Under the pieces are notes generated by a model. The model ran no database searches. It was not told where the DNA came from and was given only the letters and a program-made list of their open reading frames with translations. Shown in pieces: positions 63,984 through 64,000 of a stretch of 64,000 nt of DNA. The stretch is taken from the IMG/VR virus record IMGVR_UViG_3300029732_000280, one strand, 5' to 3'. A program made the translations under genes and the position numbers. Numbering within the stretch: position 1 is the stretch's first letter; each line of letters opens with the position of its first letter. This DNA is from a virus. Taxonomy: Duplodnaviria; Heunggongvirae; Uroviricota; Caudoviricetes.

Positions 63984-64000
63984 GCCGTTGGTGCAGACCA

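Larger units (their letters stand above)
1..64000. mobile_element. Temperate siphovirus-like prophage (HK97-fold capsid, P27-type TerS, large-serine-recombinase lysogeny block), extending beyond both window edges. The left ~10 kb may be a separate adjacent integrative element.
   Basis: Contiguous phage modules on the minus strand: replication, DNA modification, packaging, head, tail, lysis, recombinases. No flanking host housekeeping genes are seen in the window. Confidence 0.85.

Noticed and set aside
1-64000. CRISPR array or diversity-generating retroelement associated with the fibre genes.
   Set aside because: No regularly spaced direct repeats and no reverse-transcriptase ORF or template/variable repeat pair were seen on either strand.

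Overview
Nearly the whole 64-kb window is integrated mobile DNA of a Firmicutes/Clostridia-type genome (AGGAGG-type RBSs, about 50% GC). It reads as a temperate siphovirus-like prophage transcribed almost entirely on the minus strand, and it continues past both window edges. From right to left the modules are: replication genes (VRR-NUC nuclease, an SNF2 helicase broken by an in-frame TAA, a PrimPol plus SF3-helicase primase, a MazF/PemK-fold protein, a sigma-region-4-like regulator); a DNA-modification block (phage-encoded MetK, HNH, a ParB-N-domain DPPY methyltransferase, a 749-aa multispecific-looking C5 methyltransferase); an approximately 9-kb accessory island of single-gene cassettes, each carrying a near-identical sigma-A-type promoter plus conserved 5'UTR (at least 11 copies) and encoding mostly small very acidic proteins, with an amidoligase, two GGCT/AIG2-like paralogs and partners embedded in it; packaging and head genes (P27-family TerS, TerL, portal, ClpP-like protease, HK97-fold capsid, connectors); and a tail module (major tail protein, an SPFH/band-7 moron, G/GT chaperones with an A_AAA_AAC -1 frameshift site, an AbiEi/AbiEii moron with palindromic operators, a 1969-aa tape measure, Dit, Tal, a BppU-like protein, and two paralogous fibre proteins with C-terminal SGNH esterase domains separated by a C9 tract). 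These are followed by a lysis cassette (holin, LysM/SH3b protein, amidase-glucosaminidase endolysin), a plus-strand moron gene preceded by a promoter, a structured leader and a terminator, and a lysogeny/recombination block (three large serine recombinases, an XRE repressor with GTAGCA-type palindromic operators, an AAA_25-like ATPase, and a triplicated recombinase-associated domain). No rRNA, tRNA or CRISPR array was recognised. All family assignments come from motif reading by eye, without database searches.
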